In this document: positions 1-7,944 of the stretch, piece after piece
Numbering within the stretch: position 1 is the first letter of the stretch
How the letters are laid out: the number at the start of each line of letters is the position of its first letter
Assembly (NCBI GenBank): GCA_937858325.1
Contig: CALMAB010000489.1
Location: forward strand, 1-50,487
DNA from: an uncultured Acetobacteraceae bacterium
GTDB lineage: Bacteria; Pseudomonadota; Alphaproteobacteria; Acetobacterales; Acetobacteraceae
Direction of reading: 5' to 3'
Length of the DNA stretch: 50,487 bases
Notes under the pieces: model-generated
What the model was told of the DNA's origin: nothing
Seen by the model: the letters and a program-made list of their open reading frames with translations, nothing else
The model's database searches: none
Translations under genes and position numbers: made by a program

Positions 1-183
1 GACGGCCTGCCGGACTGGCGGCGCGGGCGGCTCTGCGACCCGCAGACCAGCGGCGGCCTCTTGATCGCCGCGGCGCCGGGGGCGGTGGATGCGGTGCTGG
101 GTCACGTGCGCGCGGCCGGGTTCGCCCAGGCGGCGGTCGTGGGCACGATGGAGGCGGGCGGGGGCGTCGCGGTCATTGCATGA
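1..183 (+). CDS. selD: Selenide, water dikinase (selenophosphate synthetase), 3' end only
   Basis: Frame 1 reads DGLPDWRRGRLCDPQTSGGLLIAAAPG...VAVIA*. DPQTSGGLL is the SelD C-terminal signature, and tRNA-Sec follows directly. Confidence 0.9.
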   Translation, partial: DGLPDWRRGRLCDPQTSGGLLIAAAPGAVDAVLGHVRAAGFAQAAVVGTMEAGGGVAVIA

Positions 184-251
184 CCATTTGGCGCGGGGTT
201 GGCGAAATCCAGGGTGGCAAGCGGTCCCCGGCCATGCCACCTTGGTGCGAC

Positions 252-344
252 GGAGGCGATTGGGGTCTGGTGGCCTCCCTGGTCTTCAAAACCAGCGGCC
301 CGCCGAAAGCGGGCGGTGGGTTCGATTCCCATCCGCCTCCGCCT
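252..344 (+). tRNA. selC: tRNA-Sec (anticodon UCA)
   Basis: 8-nt acceptor strand GGAGGCGA; 6-bp D stem GGGGTC/GGCCTC with TGGT loop; anticodon loop CTTCAAA (TCA 286-288); long variable arm GCCCGC/GCGGGC; T arm GTGGG-TTCGATT-CCCAT; discriminator G341. Confidence 0.95.
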
Positions 345-480
345 CATCTCTGTTTCCCCATGTCCCATGCTGTTCATTTTTGGTGGTAAACTAAATAAAT
401 CAATAGGTTGCTTTCTCAGCATGTCTCGTGGTGTTTCTTTATAGCCCAGCCTCACCTGATGGGTTATCCTGTGGGTTAGG
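345..480. promoter_or_regulatory. Attachment-site arm region: IHF site and candidate integrase/excisionase sites
   Basis: AATCAATAGGTTG (398-410) matches the IHF consensus WATCAANNNNTTR exactly. TGGGTTA is repeated at 460 and 472. TGT-pyrimidine motifs recur at 10-bp spacing (351, 361, 371; 422, 432). The region is AT-rich relative to its flanks. Confidence 0.6.
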
Positions 481-503
481 CGGACAATCTGGAGAAGCAG
501 GGC

Positions 504-1742
504 GTGGCGAACAGGGAAACTAGGAAGGATTTGACGGCGAAGGGGGTGGAGGCCCTCACCAAGCCGGGTTTTCACCCGGACTCGCGGGGCCTGTATCTCC
601 AGGTCCAAAAGGCGGGACAGCGATCGTGGATTCATCGATACACATTGCGCGGGCGCAGGCGCGACATGGGCCTCGGTGGCTATCCGGCGGTTACACTCGC
701 CGAGGCGCGGCGGCGGCGGGACGCCAACCGCGCGTTGTTGGTGCAGCAGATCGACCCGCTCGATGCCAAGCGCGCCGCCGAACCCGCTCGCCACGGCGGG
801 CCAACCTTCCGCGAAGCGGCGGAGGCGCACATCGCGGCGAAGAAGGCCGAGTGGTCCAACCCGAAGCATGCGGCGCAATGGGCGTCCACGATGGAGACCT
901 ACGCCTACCCCACGATCGGTGACAAGCAGGCTCGCGACGTGAGCGTCGCGGACATGCTGACCGTTCTCAAACCGATTTGGGAAACGAAGAATGTCACCGC
1001 GACCCGCGTCCGCTGCCGCATTGAGGCGATCCTTGGCTCGGCGAGCGTGCGGAATGCGTGGACGGATTACGCCAACCCAGCCGCATGGCGCGGCCGGCTG
1101 TCATACCTGTTGGCCGCGCCAAACCGCGTCCACCAAGTCCAGAACCATCCGGCGCTGCCGCATGCAGAGATGGCTGGCTTCCTCCGCAAGCTGCGGCAGG
1201 TCGACGCCGTTGGTGCGCGTGCCCTGGAATGGACGATCCTGACGATGGCCCGGACCGGCATGACGCTCGGCGCCACATGGACCGAGGTCGACATGCAGGC
1301 GCGGGCATGGACAGTGCCGGCTGAGAGGATGAAGGCGCAAAAAGGCGAGCGGAAGGAGTTCAGGATTCCGTTGTCCGACGCCATGCTCGCCTTCTTGGAC
1401 CAGGTGCGCCCCCTGCGCCGACCTGACCAGGGCGACTACATCTTCCCCTCGCTTCTAAAGGCCGGGAAGCACCTCAGCAACGCGACCATGGCCAAAATGC
1501 TGGACCGCTTGCTCGATGATGGCACAGCGGCGGAAGTCCACGGCTTCCGGGCCACGGCGCGCACTTGGGGCGCAGAAGAGACGCAGCACAACTCAGACAT
1601 CTGCGAGGTCGCCCTCGCTCACAAGCTTCCGGGTGGCGCGACGCGTCGCGCGTACGATCGCGGCGACCTGTTCGAGAAGCGGCGGGCCTTGATGAACGAC
1701 TGGTCCAACTTCTTGGCGGCTGAAGCTGCACCGCAAAAGTAA
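504..1742 (+). CDS. P4-type tyrosine integrase with N-terminal arm-binding domain
   Basis: N-terminal GLYLQV...SWIHRY...MGLGGYPAVTLAEAR arm domain. Catalytic R (MART), K (RMK), HxxR (HGFR), H (LAH) and Y (RAY) are all present. Confidence 0.95.
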   Translation: MANRETRKDLTAKGVEALTKPGFHPDSRGLYLQVQKAGQRSWIHRYTLRGRRRDMGLGGYPAVTLAEARRRRDANRALLVQQIDPLDAKRAAEPARHGGPTFREAAEAHIAAKKAEWSNPKHAAQWASTMETYAYPTIGDKQARDVSVADMLTVLKPIWETKNVTATRVRCRIEAILGSASVRNAWTDYANPAAWRGRLSYLLAAPNRVHQVQNHPALPHAEMAGFLRKLRQVDAVGARALEWTILTMARTGMTLGATWTEVDMQARAWTVPAERMKAQKGERKEFRIPLSDAMLAFLDQVRPLRRPDQGDYIFPSLLKAGKHLSNATMAKMLDRLLDDGTAAEVHGFRATARTWGAEETQHNSDICEVALAHKLPGGATRRAYDRGDLFEKRRALMNDWSNFLAAEAAPQK

Positions 1743-1844
1743 ATTGCATTAGCCTTCGCGGTTTCGGCATGTTGGCCTCGCCGACGCCATGGTGTCCATG
1801 GACACGGCAGCAGCGATCTAACATTGAGCAGCGAAGCAATTTAA

Positions 1845-2057
1845 ATGAATTCGAATATCACAAACGACGCTACCATGCCGCCTCTTGCCCTTAGCATCAA
1901 CGAGGCCACTCGCGTACTGAGCACCAGCCGTAGCGCAATTTACAGGTATCTCAAGTCAGGTCGCCTGCGTGCTATCAAGGCGGGCTCCAAGACTTTGATC
2001 CCGGTGGACAGCGCGCGCGAGTTCCTCGCGTCTTGCCCGTCCTACAAGACATCATAG
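1845..2057 (+). CDS. AlpA/excisionase-like winged-HTH protein (start could be 1875)
   Basis: LSINEATRVLSTSRSAIYRYLKSGRLRAIKAGSKTLI is a typical Xis/HTH_17 pattern; it lies just downstream of the integrase. Confidence 0.85.
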   Translation: MNSNITNDATMPPLALSINEATRVLSTSRSAIYRYLKSGRLRAIKAGSKTLIPVDSAREFLASCPSYKTS

Positions 2058-2677
2058 CCGACAAGCGGTCGTCGCCGCACCACCCCATCGTTCGCGGTCG
2101 AACCATGCGGGAGGCTCCACCCTGTCCCAGCGTTTCACCCTTCCATGATGGCGAATTGAGCGTCGGCGCAGGATGGTGGACCACATGCGCGCGTTGTCAA
2201 AACGATCGAGTGCTGTCCGCCCCGGACCGTCGCTTGACCGCAGCGTGCGGCTTAAAGCCGGTTGCTCGGCCGATATCATGTTTGAGGCGGGTGGGCTGGG
2301 CGCAACGAGGTGATCGGCCGGGCACCGCCGGAGGAGAGAGGTTCCCGGCGCGGGGAGGCGCGAAGCGCCGATCCACCCCGGTCGCTTGCTGCCCCGCCTG
2401 CCAACTCTGGTTTCCACCTCGGATGTCGGCGAACCAGCTTCCGTGCTTGCCGCACTAATAGGCTAGGTGCAGTTCGTGCGGAAACCTTAGCGGATCGGCG
2501 TCACGAACCGCTCGAACACGATCCGGTTGTTGAAGCGCCGTGCCCGAACCAGCAGGTGCCTTGCGGTCCCACACGCTGAAGCGCCGCTTGAACCCGACGA
2601 GCACGCCGTATGGCAAACTGATGACGGCTTGATGTAGAGAATCGCCGTTTGCTCGTACCGATGGGGCGCCCATCCTG

Positions 2678-2926
2678 GTGCATCTCGGCCTCGATTTGGT
2701 CGGGGCCGGCGACGCGGGCCGCGTGCACGCGATGGAAGTCACCGGTCGGCGGGTGGGCGGCTTCGTGATGGAATTCGCCCACGGCCGGGAAGCGCACGCC
2801 CTTTTGCATGAGGGCGGCATGCTCGTCCCGCAGTCCGTCGTCGATGACGACACGCGGCTGCAACTGACCCTCCGTGGTGATGCTGCTGATACGCGTCTGA
2901 TCTTCCCTGCTGGCCTCCTGGCTTAG
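2678..2926 (+). CDS. Hypothetical protein or gene remnant
   Basis: GC3-rich codons; its stop overlaps the stop of the convergent large ORF (TTAG 2923-2926). No recognisable motif and the start is uncertain. Confidence 0.35.
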   Translation: MHLGLDLVGAGDAGRVHAMEVTGRRVGGFVMEFAHGREAHALLHEGGMLVPQSVVDDDTRLQLTLRGDAADTRLIFPAGLLA

Positions 2927-4452
2927 AACGCCGGCAGGTCCGGATGCGACATCGTCCCGCTCGCCCGCTTGAGGTCGAGCACGTCGGCGGCAAGGCGGGC
3001 GACCCGACTTTCCAACTCGGCAGCCTCTCTGTCGCGCTTGGCCATTGCCTGTTGCAGGCGGTCGTTGTCGAAGGTCAGGTGCGTGATCTTGTCCGCCAGC
3101 GGCTTGACGTGGTGTGCGATCAGTGCGGCAAGCGCGGTGTTGGGGCTATGCGCCTCGACCTGCCGGCCTTGAGCAAGATGCTTGCGGAGGGTGGCGAGGT
3201 CGCGCTTGGCGGCTTGCAACCGGTCGGGATCGAACAGCGCGAGCCATTGCGGCGCGTTCTTCGCCCGCCCGTTCGGCACGTTGAACGTATCGAACGAGAT
3301 CGGCTCGCCGTCGCCGAAATCCAGCATCAGGTGTTCGGGCGCCGAGCCGGACGGGTTGAGCACCATGGCCGCCCAACAATGATCGGCGCCTTCCCGCGCA
3401 TTACTGCTGGCACCTTCCTTCCTGGCCGCGCCATAAAGCCGCTTGGTCATCGGGCCGACCCGTGTTGCTTCGGGGAGGTCGGCGGTGAGGCGGGCGAACT
3501 CTTCCGCCCACTCCGCCGACACCTTGCCCTCTGCGGCATGCCGCCGCATGGTCTCCCGAGCTTTGCGTGGCGACGGACGGAACCCGACGTAGATTTCATT
3601 GGTGACGCCCGGATCGAACCGCGCCATCCACCGCAGCTTGGCGGTCCATTCGGCCTGCTTCTTCCTCACGAAATCTTTGTTCCTCCAAATCTGAACGCTG
3701 ACGAAATGTAGCTGCCGAGCTTCGCTTGCTGGGTCGGCGACGGCGCAATCGGATGTTTCGGCGCACGCCGGGTCCGACGCTTCGTTCAACTCGACGGGCG
3801 GCGGCTCCAATTCGTCGTTCGACTCGACGGGCGCGATCGCATCGTTGTCTGTCTCGGCGGGTGATGTGGGCCGCTTGGCATCGACGGGCGGCGTGTCCTG
3901 GTCCAACTCGGCGGGGCGCTTCGCTTCCCCCCTGTGTGGAACAAGTTGGAAGGAGCCTGGGGCGGGATTGGCGCCCTGCGCCAAGTCCGCCCAAGACGTT
4001 GTGACAACCTGTTCCACATAGGAAGAAGATAAATCTTGTTTCAATACCTTGGGCGCACTTGGGCACCAGGCACTCGTGCCTGAAAACGAGGCTTCTTGGG
4101 CGCCCTTGGGCACGAGGAATTCGCGCCCGAGCGACGGGTCACTTGGGCGCTCTTGGGCGGCAAACGCGGGTTGCGCAACGGGGACGACACCGGCTGCGTG
4201 TGCCCGATGTGGAGGAGCCGCGTCGCCCGGCCTGCCCCATCCCGTCGCGGCCTTGATCAAGTCCCTCGCCTCGTGCGGCAGCAAGGTGGGACCGAGTGCG
4301 TAGTCCACGAGGTCGCGCAGTAGCTCCGGCGCCTGCCTCGATAGGTAGGTGGCGAGTATAGCTCGCACGGCGACCCGCTTGTCCGCTTCGATCCGCGCGA
4401 CCTCAGCGATCTTGGCGACGGCCCGCATGACGTCCTTGAGATCAGCTTCCAT
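2923..4452 (-). CDS. Uncharacterised ~509-aa protein, candidate replication initiator
   Basis: Likely start MEADLKDVM at 4452, just after the upstream ORF stop. Helical N-terminus, long P/A/E/D-rich linker containing iteron-like DNA repeats, globular C-domain and coiled-coil tail. The function is inferred. Confidence 0.7.
   Translation of the reverse strand: MEADLKDVMRAVAKIAEVARIEADKRVAVRAILATYLSRQAPELLRDLVDYALGPTLLPHEARDLIKAATGWGRPGDAAPPHRAHAAGVVPVAQPAFAAQERPSDPSLGREFLVPKGAQEASFSGTSAWCPSAPKVLKQDLSSSYVEQVVTTSWADLAQGANPAPGSFQLVPHRGEAKRPAELDQDTPPVDAKRPTSPAETDNDAIAPVESNDELEPPPVELNEASDPACAETSDCAVADPASEARQLHFVSVQIWRNKDFVRKKQAEWTAKLRWMARFDPGVTNEIYVGFRPSPRKARETMRRHAAEGKVSAEWAEEFARLTADLPEATRVGPMTKRLYGAARKEGASSNAREGADHCWAAMVLNPSGSAPEHLMLDFGDGEPISFDTFNVPNGRAKNAPQWLALFDPDRLQAAKRDLATLRKHLAQGRQVEAHSPNTALAALIAHHVKPLADKITHLTFDNDRLQQAMAKRDREAAELESRVARLAADVLDLKRASGTMSHPDLPAF
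3935..4161. repeat. Iteron-like array with AT-richer spacer and DnaA-box-like sites (putative origin)
   Basis: CTTGGGC occurs at 4048/4058, 4095/4105 and 4142/4152 (pairs 10 bp apart, period 47 bp). Inverted pair CGCCAAG 3979 and GCCCAAG 3989. TGTGGAACA 3935-3943 and TGTTCCACA 4010-4018 are inverted copies. Confidence 0.8.
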
Positions 4453-4460
4453 GACGGTGC

Positions 4461-4829
4461 CTACATCCGCTCGCCAAGTGCCGACTGCATATACCCGCGC
4501 CAGGTCAGGTCGAATGCGACCCGGTGCGCGTCGCGCCGGAAGCGGAGGTCGATGAAGCCGCCGACATCGGACCAGTGGACGAGCATTTCGGGCGGCGCCA
4601 GAAGCCGAACCGTGCTTTCGTACAGCGCGCCGTCGAAACCCTGCTCGACGAGCCAGCGGCCGACGGCCCAAAGGTTGGAGTGCCATTCTGTGTCGTGTAT
4701 GTTGCAGACATCGCAGTTCGTGTAGGGCGTTGGCGAGTGCGCCGGCCAGGCACCGTTGGCCAGTTCAGCAGGCCCGACTATGCGCAGGCGAGCGGTGTGT
4801 GGGAGGTTAAGGGGAAGATCAGCTAGCAT
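4461..4829 (-). CDS. Hypothetical protein (122 aa), co-oriented upstream of the rep-like ORF
   Basis: Globular amino-acid composition, ATG start, AT-rich region upstream, 8-bp gap to the next gene. Confidence 0.6.
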   Translation of the reverse strand: MLADLPLNLPHTARLRIVGPAELANGAWPAHSPTPYTNCDVCNIHDTEWHSNLWAVGRWLVEQGFDGALYESTVRLLAPPEMLVHWSDVGGFIDLRFRRDAHRVAFDLTWRGYMQSALGERM

Positions 4830-5032
4830 TGCGGAAGTCCTGTCAAAGAAATAGCCTGGATAGGCCGCAAATCCACCTGGGTTACTTTTCTGTCAAACCA
4901 CATTCGGCCAGTTTTATATCAATATGGCAGGCGTTCGGCGAAAATTCACTTTAGGTGACTGGATAGAGAAAGTTGCGGTCCACCGCCGTTGTTACGGGCG
5001 GCGCCTCTCCCTCCGATCAATATCTTTCTGGG

Positions 5033-5252
5033 TCAGGCCGGACACCACATCCAGTCGGGACCGCGCAGCAACGTCGCCGACCGCCGATGGACCGTGTGCG
5101 CGGTGTCGGGATCGGCGCAGCATCCGAGATGGCGCTGCCGACCTCCGAGCTTGCTGTAGGCCACCTGCCGTCCGCTTTCGGCGAGGCGCACGCCGCGCGG
5201 CAGGCTGCGGCCGGCGGGCAGAGACCCAGCGCGGCAGATACCGGCCACTAGA
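5033..5252 (-). pseudogene. AP2 DNA-binding domain remnant (as in HNH-AP2 endonucleases), cut off by IS481
   Basis: PRGVRLAESGRQVAYSKLGGRQRHLGCCADPDTAHTVHRRSATLLRG resembles the AP2 pattern GV...W.A.I...G....HLG.F....AH..Y..AA..L.G. It abuts the IS481 end. Confidence 0.55.
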
Positions 5253-6265
5253 TGTTCGGTCCCGGAATTTGGTGGTGTGGGTTCTGGATGAGCCTTAAGA
5301 GTTCGTCGATCCAGGCTTTACAGATGGCCTCGTAGGGCGTGAGCCCACATAGGGTCTTCAGGCGACGGGCGAAGTTGTAGGCCGCGACGAAGTCGGCGAG
5401 GTGTTGGCGGAGTTGGTCGTGGCTTTCGTAGTGGAAGCGCTTGACGGTGGCATCCTTGATGGTGCGGTTCATGCGCTCGACTTGGCCATTCGTCCACGGG
5501 TGCCGTGGCTTGGTCAGCCTGTGCTCGATATCGAGCTCAGCGCAGGCGAACTCGAAGGCATGACAAAGGAAGGGCTCGTTCCGCGCCGGCATTCGCCGGA
5601 TGTCCTCGGGCGTCCAGCCGTCGCCGGTGGGTTCGGTGAAGTGCGTGCCGTTGTCGGTGAGTATGGTGTGGATGCTGTAGGGAACCGCCGCGGCGAGTGC
5701 CCGGAGGAAGTTGCTGGCGATGCGGCGCGTGGCTTTCTCGTGCAGTTCCACGAAGGCGAACTTCGACGTTCTGTCGATGGCAACGAAGAGGTGGAGCTTG
5801 CCCTGCTCTGTCCGGACCTCGGCGATGTCGATGTGGAAATAGCCGATCGGGCAGCGCTTGAACTTGGAGCGCAGCGGCTTGTCGCCCTCAGTGTCCGGCA
5901 AACGGCTGATGCCATGGCGCTGGAAGCAGCGGTGCAGACTTGAGCGCGTGAGGTGCGGGATGGTGGGCTGGAGTGCGTATAGGCAGTCGTCGAGCGGCAA
6001 CAGCGTGTGACGCAGCGAATTCGCTTTGCGAATTGCGCGGGAAGGCAACGACGACAGCCTCGTCCTCGACCGACAGAACCGTCGATCTGGGCTCCTGAGG
6101 GCCGGTGCGCCGGTCGGAAACGGAGGTTCGCTTCCTTCACTTCGCCACCGTCTTCGGGCTGACCCCGTAGCGCCTAGCCAGCCCCCTCAGGCTCTCTTGA
6201 CTATGCTGTATCGCTCGACGGACCGCCGCTGTCGTTGTGGCGCTTCCATGTTGAACCTGGCCCAT
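5248..6265 (-). pseudogene. IS481 transposase pseudogene
   Basis: MGQVQHGSATTTAAVRRAIQHSQESL N-terminus; HIDIAE, TDNG and NGQVERMNRTIK DDE motifs. In-frame TGA at 6137-6139 (Trp position) and a frameshifting insert within 6013-6040. Confidence 0.9.
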
Positions 6266-6321
6266 AGTGCACCCTTCCACGCATGCTGGAAGAGTGCACC
6301 ATCAAACCCTGGGATCAAACA
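5253..6321 (-). mobile_element. IS481-family insertion sequence, inactivated
   Basis: Ends TGT...ACA with imperfect IRs TGTTCGGTCCCGGAATTTGGTGGTG and TGTTTGATCCCAGGGTTTGATGGTG (19/25 by eye). No matching target duplication seen. Confidence 0.85.
6012..6040. repeat. Short palindromic insert in the IS481 transposase
   Basis: GCAGCGAATTCGC-TTT-GCGAATTGCGCGG: 28 nt sit where AFRRHTL needs a single Arg codon. Confidence 0.75.
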
Positions 6322-7009
6322 TCCAGGCGGCAAAGCCCCGGATCGCATCGGCTGCACTCGGCACAGTCCAAGGTCGCCTTATGGGATTGTAGCATCTATA
6401 AGTTCCTTGAACCATTGCCTCACATCATCAGTGCCGCCGCGCAAGTTGCGGCATCAAGGACGGGCGGTCGGAGAATAGTCTGCGGCCCGTGTCACAGGGC
6501 CAAGTCGCCTCAGCCCACGGTTCGACGGCATTGGCCGTAGAACTGCCCCTTTGCCGTCCTGCTGCGGGATTTTAGTCGTTTTTGCCTGCACACTGCCGAG
6601 CAGACACCGGATCGCCCACTTCCGACACGGCCCGCGGTTGTGCCGGCTCACGCTGTCAGTTCAGAGGCCCGCTACTGCGGGCGGCCCGGCGTGGACGCGG
6701 ATCGGCGTCGACGTAAGCGAAGCGACGATGCCCTCGACGGCTCCGGTCAAGCCGTGTGATCCAGGGCTTGGGGCGGGATCGGCGCGCGGCGGCGCGGCCT
6801 GGACATCGTCCACGTGCAACGGCGCATCGGGCGGCGTGCGGTCGCCGAGCAGACCGTTTGTACCGGGAACGGGATCTCGTTCCTGTACAGCCCGCGGTTG
6901 CTGAGACATCGGTTCGAGGCCTACGTGGCCACCGCCGCAGCTGGAAGCTGCTCGGCGCGGATAGCGACGGGCGGCTGGAAGCCGTCAGGCGTCCCGGAAC
7001 GCGGCCTGG

Positions 7010-7390
7010 CTTATCGAGCGGCACGGCTTTCAGCGTCTCGCTTTCCAACACCTCACCATCGATGGGCGCGGCGAAACGCAAAGTGTTTGTGCGGCATGGC
7101 CAAGCTCGCCTCGCCTGTCGCCAGAAAGGCGTAGCGCCAGCGCGAAAACGTCGTCGCCGTCACGCCGAGGCTGTGTGATACCCACTCCAGGTCCTCGCCC
7201 CGTAGCAGGCGCAGCACCGCGTCGCGCTTGGGTTGCCGCGACATGCGCTCGCCCCAGCCAGGACCCGCTGCATCCGTGTTCGTCGTCGTCTTTGCTGTCA
7301 TGTTCGTCACCCCGGTCAGCGGATGCCGTCCGCTTGCGAGGCGTCTCAATCGTCTGTAGGGCAGAGGACAGTCGGCAACTGTTGACAACA
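7010..7390 (-). mobile_element. IS3-family remnant (left IR and frameshifted orfA)
   Basis: MSRQPKRDAVLRLLRGEDLEWVSHSLGVTATTFSRWRYAFLATGEASL HTH, continuing in another frame as PIDGEVLESETLKA. The end reads TGTTGTCAACAGTTG on the minus strand at 7390. Confidence 0.75.
7068..7094. repeat. Short palindromic insert in IS3 orfA
   Basis: GCGGCGAAACGC-AAA-GTGTTTGTGCGG lies at the frameshift point; its flanks resemble the 6012-6040 insert. Confidence 0.6.
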
Positions 7391-7437
7391 AGGAGCAGCT
7401 CAGATGGTGTCACAAGCTGGCAGGCGTGCCGAGGCGT

Positions 7438-7897
7438 GAAAAAGGACAGCCCACCTGTTCTCAGCCTGATCTAGCGCAGTGGACAGATCATATTGCGCAC
7501 GCTGGCCAATGCGCCGCAGAGGACGATCAAGCCGATTATTGAGGCGGCAGCCGCGAGAGATACCCTCGTCCACACCGACGAGCACGCCACCTTCGCCCTC
7601 CTACCCGCTTGAGGCTGCCGGCACAGGATCGTCTGCCATGGGCGTAACGATTACGCCCATGACGAGGAACAGGGACGGGTTTTGCATGGTCCATGTCAAC
7701 ACAGTAGAAGGGCTATGGTCGTTACTGCGCTTTTGGCTCCGCCCACACCGGGGCATCTCGCAAGACAAGTTGCCTGTTTACCTCGGTTTCTCCCGGCTCG
7801 TGCACAGTGCATGTCGACCTGGCAAATCCCTGCTCAGCGCCCGTTTTGCAACCCTGGTCGCATGATGTGCCCGCCACCTCGGAGTACGACAAGAGCT
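7438..7897 (+). pseudogene. IS1595-family transposase 3' remnant and right end
   Basis: KDSPPVLSLI*RSGQIILRTLAN...TLVHTDE, then VHVNTVEGLWSLLRFWLRPHRGISQDKLPVYLGF, with a stop and a frameshift. CAAGAGC IR-like end near 7896. Confidence 0.8.
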
Positions 7898-7944
7898 GAC
7901 CTCAAAGGTGATGTCCACCACGCACCGTTCGGGCCAGCGGGCTG

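Larger units (their letters stand above)
320..7897. mobile_element. selC-integrated genomic island backbone (int, alpA, rep-like ORF, IS debris); right boundary undetermined, cargo probably extends further
   Basis: Integrase starts about 160 bp after the tRNA 3' end, followed by an AlpA-like gene, orphan ORFs and IS remnants. Confidence 0.8.

Noticed and set aside
2058-2677. ORFs, ncRNA or attR downstream of alpA
   Set aside because: No convincing codon bias, fold or tRNA-end repeat could be identified by eye.
4048-4161. CRISPR array or protein tandem repeat
   Set aside because: There are only three units, the spacer parts resemble each other, no cas genes are present, and the 47-bp period is out of frame.
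4453-4686. Extended 587-aa N-terminus of the rep-like ORF
   Set aside because: It overlaps the 122-aa ORF in another frame and is Arg-rich shadow sequence. ATG 4452 fits the operon spacing.
6137-6139. In-frame TGA in the IS481 transposase as a selenocysteine codon, given nearby selD/selC
   Set aside because: It replaces a Trp (TGG to TGA) rather than a Cys, and the gene is also frameshifted. It is a nonsense mutation.
6322-7009. Possible genes between IS481 and the IS3 remnant
   Set aside because: Short overlapping ORFs on both strands without recognisable motifs; probably decayed DNA.
504-7897. Anti-phage defence system or intact prophage
   Set aside because: No recognisable nuclease, NTPase, RT, toxin or virion motifs. 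The small orphan ORFs cannot be excluded without profile searches.
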